64,000 nucleotides of DNA, taken from the NCBI GenBank assembly GCA_965153285.1, contig OZ229112.1; one strand, given 5' to 3'. Shown here piece after piece: positions 1-10,830 of this stretch; position 1 is the stretch's first letter; the number at the start of each line of letters is the position of its first letter. The notes under the pieces were generated by a model. That model was given only the letters and a program-made list of their open reading frames with translations. It had not been told where the DNA came from and did not search any database. This DNA is from Podarcis tiliguerta. Its lineage: Eukaryota. A program made the position numbers and the translations under genes.

Positions 1-1
1 C

Positions 2-81
2 CTACTGAGTTCTCCAGTGATGGCTGCCAACAAAGAGCTTTTTCCACACCCAACTTTCCCAACGACTCCCACCAGTGTGCC
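2..81 (-). CDS. ABCC10: ABCC10 coding exon 6, NBD1 Walker A (GTLVGVVGKVGCGKSSLLAAITGELS); gene continues past the left edge
   Basis: Acceptor tctttccctctgcag before 81; Walker A GKVGCGKS; phase 0 fits the previous exon. The donor is cut by the window edge, so the end at 2 is inferred. Confidence 0.9.
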
Positions 82-265
82 CTGCAGAGGGAAAGAGGCA
101 CCAGCTGTTTCGGAGTTCGTTCTGCAACCTTGCTGTAGCACTTCACAAACATTCATTCATTCAGGACACATTCTTGTTCTCTCTGCAGAATGGAAGTACA
201 AAGACTCCCATATCACACGGCTGACCCAGCGGCATTTCCCTGGACCATTGCTCCTTGCTGCTCAC

Positions 266-405
266 CTTTGCCACCACCAGATCTTGAATAAAGAGCTGCA
301 AACTTCCTCTGGGCATGTGGGATTCAGCATTTTCTTTGCTTGCTGGTGACCATGAAAAGGTGGTGCGGCGCATTTCCAGGACAGAAGATGGGTCAGAAGG
401 GCCGT
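266..405 (-). CDS. ABCC10: ABCC10 coding exon 5 (TMD1-NBD1 linker, DGPSDPSSVLEMRRTTFSW...LVVAK)
   Basis: ttttccattgcag acceptor, AAG|gtgagc donor, phase 1 to 0; FSW motif typical of the start of ABCC NBD1. Confidence 0.9.
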
Positions 406-1110
406 CTGCAATGGAAAAGCAGCAGCACATCTATAGGTAAATAGGACAGGATTTAACAACGTTGTTACATGCGTGGAATGAGATCTACTCACACAATGCT
501 ACTCCCTCCCCCTTTGTGCGGCCCCTAAATCTGCTCTGGAGAGTTGGGGAGAAACCCAGAACAGGTTTAGCAGGTATGTGATTGGAGGGGGGGGGAGTCC
601 TGCTGTGTGAATGGACCTAGTTCCTCAGTGCTGTGGTGACTTCCCCCCATATTCAAGAGGTACATTTGGGAACTATGAACTTTTGCAGGCAACTGTCTTG
701 GACCATCAGCTGCCTCCTTAAGAGGGCTATGCAGATGATCCAAAATAAAGAAGGTATCCATCTTTCCATAAAACTTGCTTATTCCTTCACCTGCCCATGG
801 GTTTCACAACTTTGGCCGTTGAGAGAAACCTAGAGTGTTACCACTGGAGCTCCCTGGTGGAAGCAACAAGATGGGAACTCTGGATTAGCAAATGAGAGGA
901 AACTGGCATCCGGAAAAGGAGCACCGCTATCAGGATACACTTGAACACCAAATTTTGTGGTTGAGTCCGTAGACAAGCAGAATACCCAAAGGAACAAGCA
1001 TCCCCCTTGCTCTTTTCACATCTATTGCCAACGACTCAAGAGCACTTCTTTCCCTACTCTGGTGGTCTTACCCAACACCACCTGTTCTCCAGTTTCCCCA
1101 GTCACCATAC

Positions 1111-1267
1111 CTCTGCTATAGTAAGCATCTAGATCCTGGTCTGTGAGCTCAAGGAAGTGCTGGACTCGATCCAGAGATACTTTGGCTTCTAAAATCCCAT
1201 TCAGCACCCAGGGGAAATTATTGAGAGGTAGAATGAGCATCCCAACAAGTGCCAAAGCTGTAAACAC
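1111..1267 (-). CDS. ABCC10: ABCC10 coding exon 4 (VFTALALVGMLILPLNNFPWVLNGILEAKVSLDRVQHFL...)
   Basis: ctccccatag acceptor, GAG|gtatgg donor; end of TMD1, recognisably MRP7. Confidence 0.95.
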
Positions 1268-2504
1268 CTATGGGGAGAGAGAAGATTTCATGGGATGAAA
1301 AAGCTCAGAGGGTTAAGCAAAGAACTGAAGTATCCAAAGAGAGCCAGAGAAAAGCCATTTTAGTAGTTGTGAACAGTGTGATGTGTGCTCAAATGTTCAA
1401 GGGTGTGTTTTAAGTGGACTTCTATTAGGGAGCATTATCTTGGGGTCTATGTCTGAGAAACATCAGCTCAGATTTAACCTTTCTGAGCAAGCTTTAATTC
1501 CTGAACTGTGACAGGAGCCAAGGCTACAAAAGCCTAAGAAAAGGGTAGAGAGTCTGAGATGGGAAGGAAGAAACCATCACTCTGTTGGTTTAATATTTAA
1601 TACTTTAATATTGTCTGCTTTCATATTATGACTTTACTGGAGAGGATTTTTATATTTTTTTATAATAGTGGACAATTGCTTCTTTATTCCTCTTGTCTTC
1701 TAACCGATTCTGCTTTTATATTTGTAATAAAAGAGTAAAGCTTGAAAGACAATGAACCTTGTTTTGTCTAGGCAATGCTCTGTATAGAGTCTGTCTCACT
1801 TGTGAAGCCACTTACTTCTCACATTCCAGGGAAAGCTATCACTCAGGTAGGAGGTCCTTACTTCTGACACTAAAAGCAATTTTATTTTCCCCTTTTTATT
1901 GCTCTTCAATAGCAGCAATGTTTAAAATTGCTGGAAGTTTGCCTGAGCAGTGATACCTTCTGAAGCCTTTGCATACACCATGACAGTTTATTCATCTGTT
2001 CATTTATTTATATAAAAGAAACAACCTTTCTATCCCATGACAGTGAACATTCATCACTAAAAAACAAAAATAAACCCAATAAATGTAAAATGAACAATAC
2101 AACCAAAATAACTTAAAACAAACAAATAGCAGTGGAAGAGGAAATACAGAAAGCATGCTGGAACAAAGTTGCCTTCAACAAGTTAATTGTTAGGAATGAT
2201 ACAAATCTCCTGGGGTATCGCAATGGAAAATGCCCTTTTGTGCATCCCAACCAACTTCTTCTCTGACAGTGGCAGGACGTACAAAAGGACCTCCCCGGTT
2301 GATGTCATTGGGTGGACAAGTTCATATAGGATGACTGTTGTTCAAGTATCCTGGCCCCAAACAGTGTAACACTTTAAAGGTAAATGACCACTACTTTGAA
2401 TTGAACCTGGAAACGAATGGGTAGCCAATGAAGCTGGAATAACAAAAGAAGTCAGCTGCTTATCCCAGGCAGAGGGATCATCAAGGAATGGGCACAGCTC
2501 TTAC

Positions 2505-2732
2505 CTTGGTAGCAGAGAGCTGGTGTCCAAGTAGAACATAAGTGATGAAGATGACAATGGAGACAACCACAGGCAATGCTGCCCAGAGGTAGACACACAC
2601 AGCATCCAGGTATTTGATTGCTCGAAGGCTCTTCAACTCCTTGGCTCTGCAAGTATACACTCTGCTGGCAAAATGCTGCTCCCAGGTGTAGAACTTGATC
2701 ACTCGCATGCCACACAAGAACTCCGTCATCAG
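2505..2732 (-). CDS. ABCC10: ABCC10 coding exon 3 (LMTEFLCGMRVIKFYTWE...LSATK)
   Basis: ctttacctgcag acceptor, AAG|gtaaga donor, 228 nt, phase 0 to 0; ABCC TMD1 motif RVIKFYxWE. Confidence 0.95.
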
Positions 2733-3406
2733 CTGCAGGTAAAGGGAGATGCAACACAACAATCACCGGCATCTCTTTGTCACAATGCCTTCTATTTCAG
2801 CTAGGGCCTAAGTTAGCTATATGAGACACAGCACAGAATCAATGTCATGTTCTCTTCTTGCTTGGTGATGTATCGGGGAAACAAAGTGCAAATACACAAA
2901 TACTGGGATGATCCATTTAAAGTACTGTAGACAGAAACCCAATTCCTTCAGTGAAACAGTATACAAAGGGAAACATCCCCGAGGAGGGCTAGAGCACATG
3001 CAAGAGGTCACAGCTTCAACTCCTTGTATCTTGTTAAAGGACCTCCGGCACCAGAGCTGAGTAAGATCTCTGCCTGAGACCTGGACGTACCACTGCCCAT
3101 TGTGCTTGCTCTGGATTTCCTGCATCAAGGAGGACTAGGTGGCCTTCAAGGCTCTCATTTCATGGTAGGTCAGTTTCTGGAACTTGGTGACATATCGTCT
3201 CTTGGATTTGTGTGTGTGTTTGCTGGTTTACCTACACTGCTGGTTATTTATTTCCTGACAAATCATTGCAACATCCAGTTATTATTTCTGCTACTCAACA
3301 TTTTTAACATGGATACCTAAATAAGTCAACAACTTTAAGCCTAAATCACAAGATCAAGAGGCAAGCAGTATGGCAAGCCTTCAAATACCACATATCCCCA
3401 TCTCAC

Positions 3407-4784
3407 CTTGACACGTTCATCTTTGTGCTTCAGCATTTCCTTGTTGTTTTCCATGATGCGATTGGCAACCACTTTATTGATGGGCACAAGAAGCAGAGCC
3501 AGAGCTAGGCCTCCCAGGAAAGCTATGCCTACTTGCTGGTACAGGAGGTAGAGGGTGATGGCAAATTGGAAGGGAAGGCTCCACAGCTCATGGAAACTGA
3601 GGCAGAAATTGATCAAGCGGTCAGTGTCGGTGCTCATGAAGTTGACAATCTCGCCAGTGGTGAAGCCAGCCAGACTGCTGCCACTCACACGGAGGGCTTT
3701 CTGGTAGATGGCAGAGATAACTGCAGTGCGCACCATAAGCATCATCTTGTTTATCTGGTAACTGAACTGGTTACGCAATAGGGCACCCAGTAAGGTACCA
3801 GCAAAGAGTCCCAGTGCATACATTATCCCATTGCTGAGAGGTTCTTGGCGTGACTCCATGAAACTGACCAGCAGGTTCAGAAGCAGGGGCCCAGAGAATG
3901 CCAAAAGGCTGCCAGCCAGCTTGAGCAGGCCCAGAGAGTAATAGCGTAGCCCAAAGGCAGCATGCAACACTGATAGGAGATGCACAGGCTTTTGGGTATC
4001 ACAAGGATGTGCTGGAGATGAGAATTCACCAGTTCTCATGTTAATTTTGGCAAATGATCTGTCCGTTGAAGATGTCTCTTTATCCTCTTGGCTGAGAGCT
4101 GCTTTTTTCCGCCAGCAGGAGTAGAAGTGTTCACAGACTGCATTGGCCTGGAGCTGTCGAGGGAGCTGAAAGACATCCTGTGGCCGATTCAGCATCCACA
4201 GGTAGCCACGCTTCATCAGAGGGTTCATCCAAGCATAGGAGAAACACGAGAGCCAGCTCTCTCCATCCTCTGCCACTCCCTGCCAAGAAGGTGCAGGGAT
4301 CCCTGAGTCTGTGACCAGGGGCTCTTGCTGCCAGGAATCATTGAGAGAGCAATAGTCTAGCCTGTTGGTTGTAGGAATGATATACCCAACTACATAGAGA
4401 AGCAGAGAAGCTAACTGCAGGCACAGGATAGACAGTCGGAAAACGGTGTCAGGTTGAAGCTGCTGACCACCCATCTCAGTCTGGCAGCGCCACACCAAGG
4501 TTATAATAAGTGATGGGATTGGAAATAAGGCAATGATTAGTAGGATGGTAGGGCCACGATTGAAGCTGTATGGAGACTTGTAGAGAGCAAGTAGTGCCAG
4601 GCTGTGAGTAAGCCATGCCAATGTGCCTGTGCCACTTGCTAATACTTCCAAGTACAAGGGGTCCAATTTCTGTCGCCAAATGGCTGCTGGAATTATGTCA
4701 AGGATGGACAAACCAGCAAAGATAAAGGACGCAGCAATTCTGCATTTCCACCCAGTTCTGTACACAGTCTGAAAACCTAAAGAC
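3407..4784 (-). CDS. ABCC10: ABCC10 coding exon 2 (TMD0, L0 linker, start of TMD1)
   Basis: ctgtctttactag acceptor, AAG|gtgaga donor; AEDGESWLS.FSYAWMNPL and GEIVNFMSTDTDRL motifs; same frame as ORF 3341..4765. Confidence 0.95.
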
Positions 4785-5331
4785 CTAGTAAAGACAGAGG
4801 AGAAAGTGTTATGAAATGATCTTATCCCTTTTTCTAATGCTCTCTCACTATTTGTTCATCATTCTTGGAAGTCTGCATGCCTCGTTGCCTGGCCTCTCAA
4901 GCATCATTCAGTACACAAGAACTGCTACACTGATTCAGGCAAAATAATTGTGCTGTCCGACACACTATTTGTGATTACTTTTTCATTAGAAGAAAAAAAG
5001 ATTCAACCCTCTGAACATTCACATTTACAATTATTCCTGTGACAACAATTAAACTGGCTCTGTGTGGTCTATCTTATGTTTGTTTCATTGGGACTAACTC
5101 TCCGGTTGTAACTTTAATTGCCTCGTTAGTCAGAAAACCAAGTAAGTTTCTGACTACATAAAGAGGGTGCCAAGGAGGGTGATAATTTCACTATATATAT
5201 CATGGCTCAGGAATGCCCCATCACTTTAATTTTAACAGTCCCCCCCCCCCAAAAAAAATCCACAGAGCTTAGGCGCACAATATACATATTTGTGTGAATA
5301 AGCCAGATGTCGCTCACACCTGTTACTATAC

Positions 5332-5492
5332 CTTGGTGTTCCTATGTAGCAGGCACTTATTACAGCAAGGACCATGTGAGGTATAGTGTTCAAAATCAGC
5401 TGGTTAAAACAGTGCCCGACATTGTTGTGGACCCAGACAGGGAGTGGATTTACGGGACTGGTCCCACACAGATTGGCTAGGATCTCCTCCAT
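5332..5492 (-). CDS. ABCC10: ABCC10 first coding exon (MEEILANLCGTS...GHCFNQLILN...GTP)
   Basis: ATG in aggATGg context 3 nt after an acceptor (exon starts 5495); AAG|gtatag donor, phase 2; N-terminus resembles MRP7 (LCG...GHCF.QL). Confidence 0.93.
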
Positions 5493-5719
5493 CCTCTGAC
5501 AGCAACAAGTACAACGGTCAAGAGTTCCTAAAGGAAAAGACAGGAAAACAATGAATGAAGCATAAAGAAGAAGGTATTTACGCCACAACCTGAACATTCT
5601 TGCAATGAAGAATAAAACCCTTTTACCACTATATTTCCTTCTCTTCTTTGTACAAGCACTGCAAAATGTGATACACAAATTAATTCCACCTACCATTTTT
5701 CCACCTGTTGGAAAAAGTA

Positions 5720-5978
5720 CCGTATTTTTTGCTCTATAAGACTCACTTTTTTCCTCCTAAAAAGTAAGGGGAAACATGTGTGCGTCTTATGGAGTGAATG
5801 CAGGCTGCACAGCTGTCACAGAAGCCAGAACAGCAAGAGGGATTGCTGCTTTCACTGCACAGCAATCCCTCTTGCTGTTCTGGCTTCTGAGATTCAGAAT
5901 ATTTTTTTTCTTGTTTTCCTTCTCCAAAAACTAGGTGCGTCTTGTAGTCTGGCGCGTCTTATAGAGCAAAAAATACGG
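5720..5978. mobile_element. Non-autonomous Tc1/mariner-pogo (Tigger-like) MITE, family A, copy 1
   Basis: TA flanks; TIRs ccgtattttttgctctataagac / gtcttatagagcaaaaaatacgg; perfect internal hairpin; near-identical copy at 58924. Confidence 0.85.
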
Positions 5979-6749
5979 TAGTAAAATTCATAATTAATCT
6001 CATCAAATACAAAATCTTGTATGCTGGCACTTTTGGGAGGGAGACCTTCTGCTAAAGTTTCCAACATGACTGGTGACGATAAAGAGGTAGCCAGGTCTAA
6101 CCTGCATAAAAATCCTCCCATCCCAGGATGCAGGAGTGGTGAATGTAGTCATGTGAGAGAAATACATTTCCACAAAATCTTCTCCATTACTACAGGTTTC
6201 ATTGAAACTGTCAATGAATACTGAAAAGAGGTGGTGGTGATTTGCCAACACTTCAGATCTTTTTAGTGCAGGTCCATACAAGGGCAGGATCCTAAATGCA
6301 ATCAATTGTTTTACAAACCAAACAGCCAAGTAGATGTATCTCCTTTAAGACCTAAGGCTTCCAAAGTGCTGCTTCTTTATACAAGCACTAACCTCCATCC
6401 TCTATCTATCAAAGTCAAAGCCATGCTGCCTTTCCACCCCCATTATTATTATGTGGGTTCTCCAGCTTTCAGTGAATGACTGGGAGTGAGAAAGCAGAAG
6501 GAAGGTCCTCTTTTCCCTTTCCACTCTGTAAACAAACACAAACTACGGATTTCCTACCCCTCGACCCCTCCCAGGCTTTCCTCAGATCACACAGATCTTT
6601 CTGGTGCCACCTTAAAATAAAGAGAACCGAACAGCAACTGTCTGCAGGGCAGCCAGGCAAGAACAGAATTGCTTGGGCAGCTGAGTTTCTTTTCAGATTT
6701 TTTTAAGGAGGGAGGAAATCCTTAAAAGAAGGCAGGGCGCCTCCGATTG

Positions 6750-7620
6750 AGGGCAACCTCGTGTGAACGATGCCTAGAAATCATGGCCTAGGCCTCAAAC
6801 TCACGGTAAAGCCCGGTGTGGGGGAAGACTTTCGCCTTCGCACAACGACTTAGCATGGACAGATTGATAACGACATGAAGGCTTGGAGTTTATCGTTACC
6901 GTCTGTTCTGAAACGTGACCATAAAATTTCCGTTGCACGTTGCAAATGCCCTTTCCTGCGTAGGAGCAACGGAGCAGTTCAAAAGAGCCTCCAGGGAGCT
7001 GTGGGTGCACATAGGAGAGGCGGAAGCCTACTCTACGAAGCGGAGCGAGCGGGTGGGAGAAGCCGAGTGGCTCTGCTCAGCCTCCTCTCCGGCGCTCTCC
7101 TCCAGTCGGTGCCCAGCCTCACGGAGGCTTCGGTCGACCCACCCAGAGACGGGATAGTTCAACCCACCGAAGCCCTTTCTTTCCCAGGCAGTACCTTGAC
7201 TCAGTGGCAGAACCGGAACTCCAAAGCCGGCTCCTTTCATATGAGCAAATAAATAAATAAATAAATACAACGCTGCGCTTCCTGGTTATTTTTGCCACTG
7301 TGTTTTGCTTTGCCTTTTCATACTTCGGAAACGTGAAAGTGAGAGTTGCTAAATAGGAAACAATAGGGGAATCCGGGATTGTATCACAGCTGTGCTTTCC
7401 CGTCTCTCCCCTCGCCAACTGAGCAAACTAAACTAGAAGCGAAAGCAAGAAATAACCCAAGTGGGATCTGCAACGACAGCAACACATGTGCGTGTTGTGT
7501 TAGGTTGGTTTTAAAATTTAAGCAGGAGCGGGGAGGCTCGGATTTATTGTGCTCGTACTGCGGGTTGTCTGCTGTTAAATCCTCCTAGTGCAAGGTCGAG
7601 TGGCCGAGAGTGATCTATAG
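6750..7620 (-). promoter_or_regulatory. ABCC10: CpG-rich region; probable ABCC10 proximal promoter or non-coding 5' exon (donor AAG|gtactg, exon edge 7195)
   Basis: Local CpG enrichment, an ETS-like ccggaa near 7213, and a minus-strand donor at 7194. The ATG exon starts at a splice acceptor, so an upstream exon must exist. Confidence 0.55.
7247..7266. repeat. (AAAT)5 microsatellite
   Basis: Read directly. Confidence 0.9.
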
Positions 7621-8833
7621 CAGTTTTGCAATACAGTACCTTATTGTCTCATTGTTGCAAGTGGTGAAACGGGCAGAGTGTGGCTTACAGCACTCCTGTT
7701 ATGTAGACCAAGGCTGTATCCAACTTTGTACGTTTTGCTCAGAGGAAACCCACTGAAATTAATGCGCCTGCTCATTTCAACGGGTCTAGTTTGAGTGTAA
7801 CTAACGTTGGATGCAACGTTTGTTATCCTCGGACTCGGGAGGTATTTTGATCGCCACGTTGCACACGGGGCTGAGGTTCCTCATGTTTCATAGACAGCTT
7901 TGAGAACTTATCACCTGTTACTCAGACTTTTGGCAAAATGCAACGTCAGGGATGCAATCGTCCGCAAAGCAGAAAGATAGGAGAGCAACGGCATCACAAT
8001 ACAGGTATTTCGGGTGAACTCGCCCGCGCCGATGTTCTATGTCAGCTGCAATGCTCCACACAATTGTATGGAAAACAGGATGCAGAACAGAAAAAGACAA
8101 CCCATTCAAAACATACCTCGCGTTAAAGCAAATGTCAGTTGAGTGGTCACTTACATCGCCCCCATCAAACCTCAGCCCAGTTTGACCTGCGCTTCCCTGA
8201 ATGAGGACGCTGTTTTCATTGTAAAATGAAAGCTCCGCCCCCTCCAAAAAGCAGGATATGTTGCTCTATCCCTTTTTTTCGTCTATGGGCATTTCGTTCC
8301 CCTGCTGCAATCGACTTACTTTCCCTCTAGCGTCCTCTAGAGGATGGGAGGGTGACCCGGCATGGTCGAGCAGAAGCTGGCAGCGGGTGAACAAATCGCG
8401 TTGCTGGTTATGTAATGTTGAGATCCTTTCCCATAGTTTGACTTTACAACGTTCTGGGCTGGGCAGAGGGAGTCCACCAACCATTCCACCCACCCCTCCA
8501 GGGCAGTGGATCATGAGAGTTAGAGTGTACACAAAATTATTGAAATAGAGCAGAACATAAATCACAGCTCTAGTGTTTGGCAGCACCACACACACAAAAA
8601 ATATTGATTCAAGGCAAGAATCCTCATGATTCTGACATATATTGACAACAAAGCCACCAAGAAATCACAGAAAAATATGTGTGAGGTAGTCTATGATTTG
8701 ATGGTGGTTTTGAGGGGGTCCTTTGTAAGTCCTATGATGATCCATACGGATCTCTTTTATAATAACTGGCTTGGCTTCTGTTTCAAAAATTCCCAAAGGC
8801 AAAATGTCAAGTAGGGTTCAGAGACAGGGACAA

Positions 8834-8990
8834 AGGAAGCTGCCTGATACCGACTCAGAGCATTGGTCCAGTAGTAGTAACTTAGTACCTACTATCAACA
8901 CTGACAGGCAATGACTTTCCAGAATTTCAGACAGAACACCTTCCCAGCTCTACCTCAAGATTCCCAGAATTGCATGCAAAGTGCTACAGC
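8834..8990 (-). mobile_element. Old tRNA-derived squamate SINE (Squam3-like); related copies at about 25953-26085 (+) and 62172-62327 (+)
   Basis: Shared aggaagctgcct.atac.ga.tcaga.cattggtcca tail and tgcatgca(a/g)aa..tccctgg.atctccag head. Degraded; family assignment from memory. Confidence 0.45.
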
Positions 8991-9720
8991 TCTGGCAGCC
9001 CCTGGGCCAAATTTGCTTAATTGGTGGGTGTTATCTGCCTGCCATCCCAGAGGCTAAAGGTGATGCAGCAGAATAGACAACAAATCAGTTGGCTGGTGAA
9101 ACTTGCCTGTCATCCCTCGCTGCCTTCTAGTTCTTGATACAAAGGCCAGAAGACCTCTCAACTGAAAATTCAACACAAAAAGTAATTGACACTTACCTAA
9201 AATCTTCACTGCATTTTAATGATATATAGTAACCTCCAAACAGGTGGCTAAACACCACTAGAGATTCGCCATTTACCAATGACTTCCTATGTAAGTGCCC
9301 TCAGCCTTTGAATTATGGTAACTCCCTTCACATTCGACTTTGTTCTACCTTATCTTGTTTTCGTGATATTACTGAAGATAAGGATAAATTTTATGATCAA
9401 ACTTTCTCTGTGACCAATGGCATTCTTAAGAATGTTTATTCAGAAGTATTTTGTTTATTTACTCAAAAACATCTATGCCCTTAACTGCCCGTGAATGGTC
9501 CCCAAAGCAGCTTGCATACGATTCAAGAAAACACAAAGCTAAAATCAGCAATGAGAACAGCATCACAATGAACAACAGTTAAAAACTGATCAGAAATCAT
9601 TCACTAGAATTGAATCCATGCGTCTAAATTCATATCCTGATTGAAGCGCGTCACAGGCATGTATTCAACAGGTGACGCTTCCCCTCCGCACGTTGCTAAC
9701 AGGTAAACCTCCTTAGTTTA

Positions 9721-9912
9721 CAGTGGTAACTCAGGTTAAGTACTTAATTCGTTCCGGAGGTCCGTACTTAACCTGAAACTGTTCTTAACATGAAGCACCA
9801 CTTTAGCTAATGATTTCTGTTCTTATCCTGAAGCAAAGTTCTGAACCTGAAGCACTATTTCTGGGTTAGTGGAGTTTGTAACCTGAAGCGTATGTAACCC
9901 GAGGTACCACTG
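9721..9912. mobile_element. Tigger-like MITE, family B (cagtggtacctc TIR)
   Basis: TA|cagtggtaactcaggtta ... taacccgaggtaccactg|TA; similar to 60357-60597. Confidence 0.85.
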
Positions 9913-10029
9913 TATTAAACTTTTTCCAGCAGACATATTAAGCTCAGAGGACGTTGGCAGGGGAGAGTTAGCGCACACATGGGAGGCGGAGGTTGGACCT
10001 AAGAAGGCGGGCAGCCTAATAAACACTGC

Positions 10030-10830
10030 AGTTTACACTGGGGACCGCTTCTCGTTGCGCTTACCTTCCTCCCTATCACGTGACTCAAGGCCCGCCCCCC
10101 GCCATTTCCTTCGTCCGTGCGCCATTCGCAGGGCTAGCTGATGGTATCGCGACGCATCTCCCCCCCCAACCCCGCCTCTTCCCTCGCACACGACACGTGA
10201 CCCGCCTTCCCTATCCGCCATTTTGTCGGGGCGGCCCGAGGAAGCTTTTTGTAACCTCGGGCTCTTGCGTTTGCGTCCGGTGCGCGCGCGCATGCACGCA
10301 TGGAGCGTGCTGAGGGAGAATGGTCAGCAGGAGGAGCAAGGAGGAGCGGCCTCGGCAAGGAGTGAGGGCGGGCGGCCTCCGGGGCTCCTTGAGCCGCCGC
10401 CGCCACTACCACCACCGCCGGCAGCGCCATGTACCGTACCAGTAGCGTGTCTTCCTCCAGCCGGTCCAAAGAGAGCAGTAGCTCGGGCTCGCGCAGTTCC
10501 CGCTCCGCTGTCTCCGGTTCGACGCGGGGCCGGAGCCCGCGACGCTCACGCTCGCGCTCGCCTTCCCCGCGAGGCCGCCGGTACCGTTCGCCGTCCAGCA
10601 GCCGCTCTTCTCGCCGCTCGCCGTCCCCGCGCCGCAGTAGTCGGGTACGGTCTCCGTCCGTGGGGAGCTGGAACCGAGCCGGCTCAGAGCAGGCTTGCCC
10701 GGCATAGCGACCTAAGGACCGGGCCTTGGGAATATTAGTCCGCCCTCCCCTTTATCCCCCCCTCCCCACGGCCATGGCAACGGCTCCCTGCCTGGCCGCT
10801 CGCTTTCTCGCCTGAGCCACACACCGAAGT
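10030..10830. promoter_or_regulatory. ZNF318: CpG-island promoter of ZNF318, possibly bidirectional
   Basis: Very high CpG density; E-boxes tcacgtgac (10076-10084) and cacgtgac (10194-10201); YY1-like ccgccatttt (10215-10224); NRF1-like gcgcgcgcatgca near 10285; GC boxes. Confidence 0.85.
10429..10644 (+). CDS. ZNF318: ZNF318 exon 1, Ser/Arg-rich N-terminus (MYRTSSVSSSSRSKES...)
   Basis: gccATG start; MYR..S N-terminus recalled from ZNF318; CGG|gtacgg donor in phase 0 fits exon 2. An alternative donor at 10660 is possible. Confidence 0.8.

Noticed and set aside
7592-7612. aggtcgagtggccgagagtg resembling a tRNA-Ser/Leu 5' end (A box)
   Set aside because: No B box or cloverleaf downstream.
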